From Candidatus Krumholzibacteriia bacterium (lineage in GTDB: Bacteria > Krumholzibacteriota > Krumholzibacteriia > LZORAL124-64-63), in assembly GCA_050174015.1 (NCBI GenBank), contig JBFXKG010000001.1:1-64000 (forward strand): 64,000 nt of DNA. Direction: 5' to 3'. The notes beneath the pieces were generated by a model that saw nothing but the letters and a program-made list of their open reading frames with translations, was not told where the DNA came from and did no database searches. Shown piece by piece: positions 12,854 to 22,423 of this stretch (its first letter is position 1; each line of letters begins with the position of its first letter). A program made the translations under genes and the position numbers.

Positions 12854-12882
12854 TTGACATTCCGGCGCTTGCGGGATATGAC
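12854..12882 (+). promoter_or_regulatory. Putative sigma70 promoter of mscL
   Basis: TTGACA-17 bp-TATGAC; the -10 element is imperfect. Confidence 0.45.
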
Positions 12883-12974
12883 TTGCCGGTATTCAGTTTC
12901 CGTTTAGGTCCCATCGCCCTTCCGGTCCGGGAAACCCTCGGACCCTAAGACCAGGCCACCAGGAGGTGCTTTCC

Positions 12975-13430
12975 ATGCTGAAGGAATTCAAGGAATTCGC
13001 CATGCGCGGCAACGTGGTCGACATGGCCGTCGGCATCGTGATCGGCGCAGCGTTCGGCACCATCGTCAAGTCGCTGGTCGCCGACGTGATCATGCCGCCC
13101 ATCGGGCTGCTGCTCGGAGGGGTCGACTTCACCAACCTGTTCCTGGTGCTGAAGGCGGGCGCGGATGTCGCCGCGCCCTACGCCTCCCTCGCCGACGCCC
13201 AGGCCGCCGGCGCGGTGACCATCAACTACGGCGCCTTCATCAACACGGTGATCAGCTTCATCATCGTGGCCTTCGCCATCTTCATGCTGATCAAGGGCAT
13301 GAACGCCGCCAAGCGGAAGGAAGAGCCCGCCCCCGCCGCAGCGCCGACCACCAAGAAGTGCCCCAAGTGCCTGAGCGAGATCCCTCTGGCCGCCGCCAGG
13401 TGCGCCTTCTGCACCTCGGACGTTCAGTAG
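12975..13430 (+). CDS. mscL: Large-conductance mechanosensitive channel with C-terminal CxxC...CxxC zinc-ribbon-like tail
   Basis: [36 protein letters not shown]; tail [27 protein letters not shown]. Confidence 0.95.
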   Translation: MLKEFKEFAMRGNVVDMAVGIVIGAAFGTIVKSLVADVIMPPIGLLLGGVDFTNLFLVLKAGADVAAPYASLADAQAAGAVTINYGAFINTVISFIIVAFAIFMLIKGMNAAKRKEEPAPAAAPTTKKCPKCLSEIPLAAARCAFCTSDVQ

Positions 13431-13450
13431 TCTGCCCGGTACGTCCCCTG

Positions 13451-13479
13451 AAGCCGCCCGCTCCGTGCGGGCGGCTTTT
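13451..13479 (+). terminator. Rho-independent terminator after mscL
   Basis: AAGCCGCCCGC-TCCGT-GCGGGCGGCTT followed by TT. Confidence 0.75.
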
Positions 13480-13527
13480 CCGTGGTGCGTGGACAGTCCC
13501 CGCCGAGGGCCTTACAATCGTACGGAT

Positions 13528-15387
13528 ATGACCTCGTCGCCCAGAACGAGCGGCCTACGCCGCCTCCTGCTCATCCCCCTGCCGGCGATCGTCGTCGTCG
13601 CGGTCTGCCTTCATGCGCCGCTGGCGGCCGAGGCCCGCACGCCCCTGGAGCAGGCCTGGTCCCGCTATGACGACTGGGCCCTCGCCGGTTTCCGGCTCGA
13701 TGGGGCGCCTCCCGAACTCGCCGGTGATCTCCGCAGGGGGCTGGCCCTGGCCGGCGAGGGAAGGTTCCTGCGGTCCCGCAAATACCCAACCTTCACGACC
13801 CGGCGGTTGCGGGAGGATATGGACCGCATCCGGCTGTATCTGGCCCGCGAAGGCTGGCCGGCCGCGGAGGTCGAACCGGTGGCGGTGGCCCCCGATGCCG
13901 GGAAGCGGCGGTTCCGGCTGGTCCTGCGCGTGGATCCGGGGCCGGAGGTCCGCATCGCCCACATCGCCTGGGAGGGCTGGCCCGAGGCCCTGGCGCGGCC
14001 TGATTCCAGCGCGTCGGCCCTGGTGAAACAGGGCGAGCGATTCAGCGACCGTCGGCTGGAGGCCGCTCGCACCTTCCTGCTCCAGCACCTGATGGACCAC
14101 GGCCATGCCCTCGCCGCAGTCGCGGCCGAGGTCAGGCCGCTGGACGCCCGGTCGGTCGCGATCGGGTTCGCTTTCGATCCGGGTGACCCCTACGACATCA
14201 CCAGCGTGACCGTGAAGGGGTGCAGTCCCGACCTCGAGGGCGTGACCCGGCGGCTCATCGGCATCGACCCGCCGCGCCGGTTCTCCCGGACCCTGCTCGA
14301 CGAGGCGGCCTTCGAGCTGAGGTCGACCCAGCTGTACCGGCAAGTGTCGCTGACGGTCGAGCCGGAGGCGCCGGGCAGCCTCGACCTGATCGCCGACGTC
14401 GAGAACGCCCGCATGCGGTCGGTCGAAACCAGCGTGGGCACCTGGTCGGACAATCCCTGGATGGTCCGCGCCGGCTGGAACCACCGCAACCTGCTGCGGT
14501 CCGGCCGAGGGGTCGATGCGCACGCGGCCCTGGCCACCCACACCCAGAGCGTCGGCGGGGGCGTGACCTGGTTCAACTGGCTCGCGAAACGGTCGCGGGC
14601 CCGCCTGGGCGCCGAATGGCTGCGCGAGGACGAGGACGCCTACCTGGCGAAGGAATGGCGCCTGGACCTGACCCGGAGCCGGCGGCCCCGCCGCAACGAT
14701 CTGGCCCATCTCGGCGCGTCCTTGTCCCGGGTGTCCATCACGCCGTACAGCACTCTGGACCGGGCCATCGTCGACCGCGAGGGCACCCTCCTGGAACTGT
14801 GGGCCGACCGCAAGTGGGACTGGACCGACGATCCCTTGTTCCCCACCCGGGGCGGGTTCGCCAAGATCACCGGAACCTGGTCGCCCTCCATCGGCCTGTC
14901 CGAATCCCCCTACCTCGCCGTGCAGGGGGACGCCTCCGGATACCGCCCGCTGCCCGGGGATGTCGTGCTCGCCGGACGCCTGCGCGCCGGCCTGGCCTGG
15001 CCCCTGGGCGAGGCGGAAGCCCTGATCCCCAACCGCCGGTTCTACGCCGGCGGCTACAGCACGATGCGGGGGGTTGGGCGCCGCGAGCTGGGCCCCCGCG
15101 ACGCCGACGATTTGGCCCGCGGCGGCGAGGCGGTCCTGCTGGCCGGGATCGAAGCCCGCATCCCGGTGGCCTGGATCCTCGAAGTGGCCCTGTTCCTCGA
15201 CTCGGGACAGGTCTGGTGGAAACCGGGCGACGTCCGGCTTGCCGACCTGGAAGGCGCCGCGGGGATCGTCCTCGACGTGCGCACTCCCCTGGGGCCGGTG
15301 CGGTTCGGCTACGCCTGGAACCTGGGCCGCCCCTATCCGGGCGATCCCGACGCCCTGGCCCACTTCGGGGTGGGGTATCCATGGTGA
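13528..15387 (+). CDS. Omp85-family outer-membrane protein (TamA/BamA-like)
   Basis: Signal-like N-terminus, POTRA-like repeats, RFYAGGYSTMRG motif, TPLGPVRFGYA, C-terminal HFGVGYPW. Confidence 0.85.
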   Translation: MTSSPRTSGLRRLLLIPLPAIVVVAVCLHAPLAAEARTPLEQAWSRYDDWALAGFRLDGAPPELAGDLRRGLALAGEGRFLRSRKYPTFTTRRLREDMDRIRLYLAREGWPAAEVEPVAVAPDAGKRRFRLVLRVDPGPEVRIAHIAWEGWPEALARPDSSASALVKQGERFSDRRLEAARTFLLQHLMDHGHALAAVAAEVRPLDARSVAIGFAFDPGDPYDITSVTVKGCSPDLEGVTRRLIGIDPPRRFSRTLLDEAAFELRSTQLYRQVSLTVEPEAPGSLDLIADVENARMRSVETSVGTWSDNPWMVRAGWNHRNLLRSGRGVDAHAALATHTQSVGGGVTWFNWLAKRSRARLGAEWLREDEDAYLAKEWRLDLTRSRRPRRNDLAHLGASLSRVSITPYSTLDRAIVDREGTLLELWADRKWDWTDDPLFPTRGGFAKITGTWSPSIGLSESPYLAVQGDASGYRPLPGDVVLAGRLRAGLAWPLGEAEALIPNRRFYAGGYSTMRGVGRRELGPRDADDLARGGEAVLLAGIEARIPVAWILEVALFLDSGQVWWKPGDVRLADLEGAAGIVLDVRTPLGPVRFGYAWNLGRPYPGDPDALAHFGVGYPW

Positions 15388-18300
15388 CCCGCGCCGGCAT
15401 CCGAAGGGCGTTCCTGCGCTGGAGCCTGCGGGTCCTCGCCTTCGTTCTGGGAGCCGTCCTGGTCGTGGCGGTTTCCCTTGTGCTGCCCCCGACCCGGAAT
15501 CTCTGGCTGGATACGGGCCTCGGCCTCGCATTGCGCACCCTGCCCGGGGAGGTCACCGGCCGCTGGTCATGGCCATCGCTGGACCGCTTCGAGGGCCGCG
15601 GAATCGTCTGGACCGTCCCGCGCATGGACGGTGCGGGCGTCGATACCCTGGCGGTCATCCGGTCGCTGACTCTCGCAGTGGGTCTGGACGCCCTGCGGGA
15701 CCACGACCTTCTCGTGAAGGAACTGACCTCCGAAGCGGCCCTGCTCGACGTCCCCCTGATCCTGGAGCAGTTCCCTGCCGCGGACCCGCCCGAGGCCGAC
15801 CCTGCGGCCCCCCGGGGGGCGTTCCCCTACTTCCATGAAGGCGGCGTGCCGGGCCTCCCCTCGGTCCGGGTGGAACGCCTGGAGGTGAAGGCGGACAGGC
15901 TCGTGCTGCCGGACGGTGTCCGCGTCCGCAACGCCTCTCTGGGAGGATCGGCCTCGATGCAGGCGGGCGCCTCCCCCCGGCTGGCGCTGGATTCCCTGGG
16001 CGGTCGGGCCTGGGGGGGGCTTCCGCAGCCCTGGTCCATTGAGGTGGCGTCGACGCGGGCCGCCGGCGGCTACGATCCGATCACAGGCGTCGCCGCCCTG
16101 GATTCCCTGGCGATCGAGGTGACCTTCTTCACTCTCGACCTGGACACCATGCGCATCGAGGCGGGCCCGATCACGTTGACGGGCGCGGGCGTCTGGCGGC
16201 CGGACGGCTGGCGGGCCGAGGTCCATTCCCGGTTCCGCGGCCAGGTGCCGGGACCGTACCGCCGACCCTACGCCGGTCTCGAGCTGGAGGAGGTCGGCGG
16301 CGAGCTGACGATCACAGCCGAGGGCGATTCCCTGGCGGCCGCCATGGAGGTTTCCCTCGACCTCGATCCCGGGGGAGACGTCCGGCGGGGCCGCCTGCGG
16401 GGGAGCCTGGGCCTGGATCTCGGACCCCGGCCCCGGGTCGCCCATGCCCGCATCGACACCCTGGATCTCCGCTGGCGGACCACTGACCTGGGCGGCCGGG
16501 GATCCTGGGACGGCCATGAGGTGGACGCGGAGCTGACCGCCGATCTGCCGGATCTCCAGCTTCCTGCCCTGCTGGCTCCAGGCCATTTCCCGGGGGTGAC
16601 GGGCCGGGTTTCGGCAGCCGTCTCCGTGCGGGGACCCGTCGGGGATCCCGCCATCGACGCCCGCGTCGATCTGCAGGGCCGCGCGGCGTCCATCTGGCGC
16701 CTGCCCGTCGCGGCCCGCCTGGCCGAAGCCTGGCCCGCCCACGTCCCCCGCGAAGAATTCCGGACCGTGGCGGTCGCCCTCGACGTCACGGCAGGCGGTT
16801 CGCTGCAGGCCATGACGGTCGATCTGCGCGCCGATCTCGGCGGCACCCCCTGGCTGGACCGCGGCCGGCTGACGGCCCGGGCCCTGGTGGCGCCGCGTTC
16901 CCGGGCCCTGGGGGAGATCCGGGTGGACACGCTGGATCTCGCCCTGCGCGACCTTTCCCTCGGCGCCGCCGGCCGCATCGACACCACGGGCCTGGACGTC
17001 CACGCCACGCTTGGGCTGGCGGGCCTGGAACTCGTCAAGCTCTTCTCTCCGGTTCCGTTGCCTCTCACGGCTCTCGACGTCGAGGTCGGGCTGGCAGCCG
17101 CCGGCCCCTGGCGGGACCTCGCAGGCCGGGCGGCCCTGTCGGGAGGCGCGGCCCTCGACCAGGCCGACCTGCCCGTGGTCCGGGCGGAGGTGGCGGGATC
17201 GGCCCGCCGACTGGAGATCTCCGCCCGCGCCGGCGGGCCGCTGCGGCTGGGATCGGCCTGGCTGGACTCGCTGGAGGTCACCTGGGAGGGACGTGTCGAT
17301 CCCGAAGGGGGACCGCCCCGCGGCGACTTCACCGCGCTGGTCATGGCGCCCCAGGGAGAGGTGTGGGCTCGGGGCTCGACCGCCGGGGACACCATCCGGA
17401 CGATCACCAGCGATTCCCTGCGGATCACGGCGGCCGGCCAGTCCCTCGCCTCGGAGGGTCAAGCCGTCCTGCGTCTGGGGCCCGGGCCCGGGGAGGTGGC
17501 CCTGGGAGGCCTGCGCCTGCGGGGCGATCTGGGCTCGCTGTCCGCCGACGTCCTGGCGAGCGCCGCAGGGCTGGACGTGTCGGCGGCGGTGGACCTGCTG
17601 CTGACCCGGGAATGGCTCGAGACCGTCTCGCCTTCGCCGTTCTGGTCCGCGGGGGGCGGGGTGGACCTCGCCGTCGAGGGAATGGTGGACATGTCCACCA
17701 TTCCCGGGAAGGACACCATCGGCCCCACCTTCACCGGACGGTCGCAGGTGCGGCTCATCCCCCGCAACCAGGAACCCCCGTCCTGTCTCGCGGTCCGGTT
17801 CCACACCGGGCAGGGCGACACGACCGCCCTGCTGGCGGACCTGGCCCTGGCGGTGGGCGAGACGCCGCTGCTCGAGGGGTCGCTGGTCTGGCCGGGCAGC
17901 CTGGATCGCGCGACGGGGCGCTGGCAGGCGGCCCCGGGGGCCGCCGCAGGGATCGACGTGCCCGAGCAGGAACTGCCCCTGGACTTCCTCAACCGGTTCA
18001 TGCCGCCGGAGGTGTCCCTCGAGGGCGACGTCACCGTGGGGGCCGGGCTGTCCCTGGCGGTGGACGACACTCTCAAGGGACAGCCGTCGACCCGGGGGGA
18101 CGTCCAGGGTCTGGTGAAGGCGCAGAACCTGCGGGTCAATCTTCCGAACCGCTCACGGGTGGATCTGGATGCCGACCTGGGTCTGGGGGGGAGGCTGGTG
18201 GATCCCCGCCTCACGGGGGAGATCACGGTGACCAGCGGCCTCTTCCGCCTGCCCGAGGCCCAGCGTGCCCTGCATCCGGTCACCGGGTCGTCCGCGCTGT

Positions 18301-19154
18301 GGACCGCCGCCAGGGCCGCGATCGACACCACTGCGGGGGGCGAGATTCCCCTGTGGCTGGGGGAGGAACCCCTGCGGACACCGGCCCCGCCTTACGTGCC
18401 CGATCTGGACTTGAAGGTGTCCTTGCCCGGGAATTTCAAGGTCGTGGGCTACGGCCTGGAAATCGAACTTGCTGGGAACTTCACCGTGATGCGGGCTCGG
18501 GATGCCCAGGGTCGGCCGGGCCCGGCCCTCAAGGGGCGCGTCCGGGTGGTGGAAGGCACCCTGCACGCCCTCAACCGGGTCTTCGAGGTGGAGCGGGGCG
18601 AGTTCGACCTGGAAGGGCGCGTTCCCGTCGATCCCACGGTCAACCTGTTGATGGCCACGGAGATCGACGGCACGATCATCCGCATCCGGGTGACGGGAAC
18701 CGCGCTTCAGCCCAAGATCGTGCTGGAATCGGAGCCGCAGATGATCCAGGCCGACATCATGGCCTTCCTCCTGTTCGGTCGGCCCTTCAACGACCTGGAC
18801 ACCGACCAGCGGGGGAGCCTGGGCCAGCAGCAGACCCCGGCCCAGCAGCTCCAGCGGAACCTGCAGGGTCTGGCCCTGGTCTTCGGGGCGGCGGGCATCC
18901 AGAACCGGATCTCCGGCAGGATCGGCGTGGATCAGGTCCAGATCGGCTCGGATACGGCCGGCGGCAGCACCCTCGTCCTTGGCAAGTTCCTCAACCCTCG
19001 CCTGCTGCTGAAGTACCACCAGTCGCTCGAGCGCAGCGGCACCTACTTCATGACCCTCGAGTACACCCTCAGCCGCCTGTTCAAGCTCATCTCCACCTAC
19101 GGTCAGGGCGAGGAGGCCTCGGGCCTCGAGCTGCGCTGGCAGAAGCGCTACTGA
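15381..19154 (+). CDS. Translocation/assembly module TamB-like protein
   Basis: N-terminal TM anchor (start MVTRAG), long beta-rich body, DUF490-like end (LESEPQMIQADIMAFLLFGRP...LRWQKRY). Overlaps the Omp85 gene. Confidence 0.82.
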   Translation: MVTRAGIRRAFLRWSLRVLAFVLGAVLVVAVSLVLPPTRNLWLDTGLGLALRTLPGEVTGRWSWPSLDRFEGRGIVWTVPRMDGAGVDTLAVIRSLTLAVGLDALRDHDLLVKELTSEAALLDVPLILEQFPAADPPEADPAAPRGAFPYFHEGGVPGLPSVRVERLEVKADRLVLPDGVRVRNASLGGSASMQAGASPRLALDSLGGRAWGGLPQPWSIEVASTRAAGGYDPITGVAALDSLAIEVTFFTLDLDTMRIEAGPITLTGAGVWRPDGWRAEVHSRFRGQVPGPYRRPYAGLELEEVGGELTITAEGDSLAAAMEVSLDLDPGGDVRRGRLRGSLGLDLGPRPRVAHARIDTLDLRWRTTDLGGRGSWDGHEVDAELTADLPDLQLPALLAPGHFPGVTGRVSAAVSVRGPVGDPAIDARVDLQGRAASIWRLPVAARLAEAWPAHVPREEFRTVAVALDVTAGGSLQAMTVDLRADLGGTPWLDRGRLTARALVAPRSRALGEIRVDTLDLALRDLSLGAAGRIDTTGLDVHATLGLAGLELVKLFSPVPLPLTALDVEVGLAAAGPWRDLAGRAALSGGAALDQADLPVVRAEVAGSARRLEISARAGGPLRLGSAWLDSLEVTWEGRVDPEGGPPRGDFTALVMAPQGEVWARGSTAGDTIRTITSDSLRITAAGQSLASEGQAVLRLGPGPGEVALGGLRLRGDLGSLSADVLASAAGLDVSAAVDLLLTREWLETVSPSPFWSAGGGVDLAVEGMVDMSTIPGKDTIGPTFTGRSQVRLIPRNQEPPSCLAVRFHTGQGDTTALLADLALAVGETPLLEGSLVWPGSLDRATGRWQAAPGAAAGIDVPEQELPLDFLNRFMPPEVSLEGDVTVGAGLSLAVDDTLKGQPSTRGDVQGLVKAQNLRVNLPNRSRVDLDADLGLGGRLVDPRLTGEITVTSGLFRLPEAQRALHPVTGSSALWTAARAAIDTTAGGEIPLWLGEEPLRTPAPPYVPDLDLKVSLPGNFKVVGYGLEIELAGNFTVMRARDAQGRPGPALKGRVRVVEGTLHALNRVFEVERGEFDLEGRVPVDPTVNLLMATEIDGTIIRIRVTGTALQPKIVLESEPQMIQADIMAFLLFGRPFNDLDTDQRGSLGQQQTPAQQLQRNLQGLALVFGAAGIQNRISGRIGVDQVQIGSDTAGGSTLVLGKFLNPRLLLKYHQSLERSGTYFMTLEYTLSRLFKLISTYGQGEEASGLELRWQKRY

Positions 19155-20035
19155 TCGCCGGGGGAAGGCCCCACGGGGCGTCCACCGGGAGTCGCCTCGA
19201 CCACCCGGACGGGGAACGGATCGGTCACGCTGCCGGTGTAGAGCGTGACGTGCGGGAAGGGGATCTCGATGCCCGCCTCGTCCAGGGCCCGCTTCACTTC
19301 CACGTGCATGCTGTTGCGCATCTCCAGCCACTTCTCCCGCTGGGCCCAGACCGAGAACTGGAAGTTCAGCGATGACGGGCCGAAGCCCTCGACGATGAAC
19401 AGGGGTTCGGGATCGATCAGACACAGGGGATTGGCGCGCGCGGTTTCCATGAGGATCTCCCTCACGCGGTCCAGGTCCTCCTTGTAGGCTACCCCCAGCT
19501 TCATGTCGAAGCGCCGGATGGGGAAGTGGGTCAGGTTGGTCAGATGGGTCTTGATGATCTCCTCGTTGGGCACGCGCACGAACAGGTTGTCGAAGGTGCG
19601 GAGCTTGATCGACAGCAGGTCGATGCTCAGGACCTCGCCGGTGACCTCCCCGATCCGGATCACGTCGCCGACCACGAACGGCCGCTCGGCGATGAGGAAC
19701 AGGCCGCTGATCAGGTTGGACGCGGAAGTCTGGGAGGCGAAGCCGACGGCGACCGTGAGGATGCCGGCGGCGCCCAGCAGCACGCCCAGGTCCAGGCCCA
19801 GGATGTTCAGGCAGGCCATGACGACCAGGCCCATCACCAGGGAATAGGCCAGGCGGCGCACCACCATGGCGTCCTGCTGGGTGGTGCGGCGGCCGACCAC
19901 CCTCATGACGGTCGCGGCCACCATCTTCGCCAGCAGCAGGCCCACGACCAGGACCGCGACGGCGCGCGCCAGGGTGAGCAGACGCTCCTGGGTGAAGTAA
20001 TCGCTCAGCCCGAGATCGACGATCGCCTGGAACAT
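19148..20035 (-). CDS. MscS-family small-conductance mechanosensitive channel
   Basis: AVGFASQTSASNLISG, ERPFVVGDVI, VPNE, GIEIPFP. Confidence 0.92.
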   Translation of the reverse strand: MFQAIVDLGLSDYFTQERLLTLARAVAVLVVGLLLAKMVAATVMRVVGRRTTQQDAMVVRRLAYSLVMGLVVMACLNILGLDLGVLLGAAGILTVAVGFASQTSASNLISGLFLIAERPFVVGDVIRIGEVTGEVLSIDLLSIKLRTFDNLFVRVPNEEIIKTHLTNLTHFPIRRFDMKLGVAYKEDLDRVREILMETARANPLCLIDPEPLFIVEGFGPSSLNFQFSVWAQREKWLEMRNSMHVEVKRALDEAGIEIPFPHVTLYTGSVTDPFPVRVVEATPGGRPVGPSPGDQ

Positions 20036-20036
20036 G

Positions 20037-20855
20037 TCAGTAACCTCCGCCCATCAGTCCGCTGAAGGCCCGGGTCAGCAGCCCGCGGGCGGCTCGCTGC
20101 CGGGGTCCCCCGATCCTGCGGGTGACGCCCGCCTGGGCCGGCGGGCCGTCGCTCAGGTCGAGCGGCGCCTCGTGCCTGCCGTCGGTGTGCTCCAGGGTGA
20201 CCTCCTCGGTCCACAGCTGCCCGTCCTCCGCCGCGAACAGGGACATGTGAGGCAAGGGCAACAGCACCTTCTCGATGGCCAGGTTCTGCGCGGCCCGGTT
20301 GCGGACGACCAGGGCCGAGACCGCGCGATGAGGCCGCCGGGGCAGGTTCTCCAGATGCAACCGGGCCGACGTCTGCAGCGCGTAGCACATCTCCCCGTCC
20401 CGGGTGGACGAACCGAACCAGGTGTCCGAGGGGCGGAAGAGGGGAATCTGCAGGAACTCCCGGCGGTCCTCGCCGACGGTCACCTGCAGCCACAGGATGG
20501 TGCTGATGTAGAAGGTCAGTTCCTCCCCGGGCGGCAGCAGGAACGGGGTGATGGGCTTGACCACCACCGGCCGGTCGGCGGTCAGGGGCGTCAAGCTCAC
20601 CAGGTCGGGAGTTCGGCGGAAACCCAGCCTGCTCGCGCCCTTCTCGGCCTCGGGAGGTTCGGGGACCCCTCCGGTGAGGTCCCGCTCCAGGGTGGGGTCG
20701 AGGGTGTCGTCCCCCGGCAGGCTGGCGAAGCGCCATTCCTGCTCGCCGTGGGTCAGCCAGATGCGCATGGGCCCGACCTGCCAGAAAGCGGTCGCCCCGG
20801 GTTGCAGCCTGTAGTCGCCGAACCAGGCATCGGGGACGGCGGATCCGTTCGTCAT
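20037..20855 (-). CDS. Hypothetical protein (DUF432-like), co-transcribed with MscS
   Basis: LTPLTADRPVVVKP, SDTWFG...GEMCYA. Tightly packed between corA and the MscS gene. Confidence 0.65.
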   Translation of the reverse strand: MTNGSAVPDAWFGDYRLQPGATAFWQVGPMRIWLTHGEQEWRFASLPGDDTLDPTLERDLTGGVPEPPEAEKGASRLGFRRTPDLVSLTPLTADRPVVVKPITPFLLPPGEELTFYISTILWLQVTVGEDRREFLQIPLFRPSDTWFGSSTRDGEMCYALQTSARLHLENLPRRPHRAVSALVVRNRAAQNLAIEKVLLPLPHMSLFAAEDGQLWTEEVTLEHTDGRHEAPLDLSDGPPAQAGVTRRIGGPRQRAARGLLTRAFSGLMGGGY

Positions 20856-20874
20856 GAATGGGCTCCTGTTGCGG

Positions 20875-21939
20875 TCACAGGTACTTGCGGCGGCGGAAGA
20901 AGGCCAGCATCCCCCCGGCGCACAGGATGATGAAGACCCAGAAGACGGGATACGACCACTTCCAGCCCAGTTCGGGCATGTGCTCGAAGTTCATGCCGTA
21001 GATGCCGGCGAAGAAGGTCAGCGGCACGAAGATCGTGGCCGCGATGGTCAGGACCTTCATCACCTCGTTCATCTTGTTGCTGATGCTCGACAGGTAGAGG
21101 TCCTGCAGGCCGGACAGCATGTCCCGGAAGGTCTCGACCGATTCGGCCACCTGGACGGTGTGGTCGTAGACGTCGCGCAGGAACGGCGAGACCCGGTCCT
21201 GGATAAGCTCGCTCTCGGCGCGCTCCAGGTACCCAACCACCTCCCGCAGGGGCCAGACCGCGCGCCGCATGAGGATCATCTCGCGCTTGTAATGATGGAC
21301 GAGCTGGAGGTGGGTCGGGTCGGGCTTTTCCAGGAGCTCTTCTTCCAGGAATTCGATGAGTTCGCCCGCCTTCTCCAGGATCGTGAAGTAGTGGTCCACG
21401 ACCGCATCCAGCAGGGCGTAGGCCAGGTAGTCGGCGCCCCAGCCGCGGATGCGGCCCTTGCCGACCCGCAGGCGCTCGCGCACGGGCTCGAACACGTCGC
21501 CCGGTTTTTCCTGGAAGGAGATCACGAAGTCGGGCCCCAGCAGCAGGCTGATCTGCTCGGAATGGATGTCGAAGGGGCCGACCGTCGCGCTCAGCATGTG
21601 GATGACGATGAACAGGTACGCATCGTAGTCCTCGACCTTGGGCCGCTGGTGCGTGTTGACGATGTCCTCCTGGACCAGCGGGTGGATGCCGAAGTGGTCG
21701 CTGAGGACCTTGAGGGATTCGATGTCATGGAGCCCGTCGATGTTGATCCAGGTGGTGCTGTCGCTGTCGCGGAAGGGGAGGCAGGCGGCGACGTCGGCGA
21801 CGCGGCGCTCCTCGAAGGCGCCGTCCTTGTAGTCGATGACGGTGATGACGACGTCGTCGGTCTTCTTCAGCCCGGTGAACTCGACGGTGCCCGGCGGCTG
21901 GGCGGGCTTGCGGGTCACCTTGCGGTACAGCTTGGCCAT
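20875..21939 (-). CDS. corA: Magnesium/cobalt transporter CorA
   Basis: HPLVQEDIVNTHQRPKVE and signature GIYGMNF...MPEL, with two C-terminal TM helices. Confidence 0.96.
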   Translation of the reverse strand: MAKLYRKVTRKPAQPPGTVEFTGLKKTDDVVITVIDYKDGAFEERRVADVAACLPFRDSDSTTWINIDGLHDIESLKVLSDHFGIHPLVQEDIVNTHQRPKVEDYDAYLFIVIHMLSATVGPFDIHSEQISLLLGPDFVISFQEKPGDVFEPVRERLRVGKGRIRGWGADYLAYALLDAVVDHYFTILEKAGELIEFLEEELLEKPDPTHLQLVHHYKREMILMRRAVWPLREVVGYLERAESELIQDRVSPFLRDVYDHTVQVAESVETFRDMLSGLQDLYLSSISNKMNEVMKVLTIAATIFVPLTFFAGIYGMNFEHMPELGWKWSYPVFWVFIILCAGGMLAFFRRRKYL

Positions 21940-22060
21940 GGCTTGGCTCCTTCCGGATGACTCAGGATCCGTTCCCGACTGTACACGGATCCTGCCGGAA
22001 GGCGCAATGTTCTTTGGTCAGGATGCGGACCGGAGCTACCTTCCAGGCCGGAGGACCCCC

Positions 22061-22405
22061 ATGCACGAGATGACCATCGTCACCAGCATCCTGGCCATCG
22101 CCCGGCAGCGCGCCGATGCAGCCGGCGCCGCCGTCATCACCTCCGTCGAGGTCGAGGTGGGACGCCTGGCCGGGGTGGAGATTCCCGCCCTGGAGTTCTG
22201 CTTCCTGGCCGCCCGCGGCCACGAACTGGGGGAACAGGCCGAGCTGATCATCCGCGAGATTCCCGGACTGGGCCGCTGCCCCGCCTGCGCCGCCGAGTCG
22301 GCCATGGACTTCTACGCCGCGGTGTGCCCGGCCTGCGGCAAGGCGGCCCTGGAGGTGGTCCAGGGCCGCGAGCTGAGGGTCCGATCGATCAAGGTCGAGG
22401 ATTGA
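22061..22405 (+). CDS. hypA: Hydrogenase maturation nickel metallochaperone HypA/HybF
   Basis: N-terminal MHEM, GRLAGVE...LEFCF, CPAC...CPAC, QGREL. Confidence 0.9.
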   Translation: MHEMTIVTSILAIARQRADAAGAAVITSVEVEVGRLAGVEIPALEFCFLAARGHELGEQAELIIREIPGLGRCPACAAESAMDFYAAVCPACGKAALEVVQGRELRVRSIKVED

Positions 22406-22423
22406 TCCGCGGAGTCTCCGACC

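Noticed and set aside
14220..15380. N-terminal part of the 1644-aa ORF
   Set aside because: Arg/Pro-rich off-frame read through the Omp85 gene; TamB starts at 15381.
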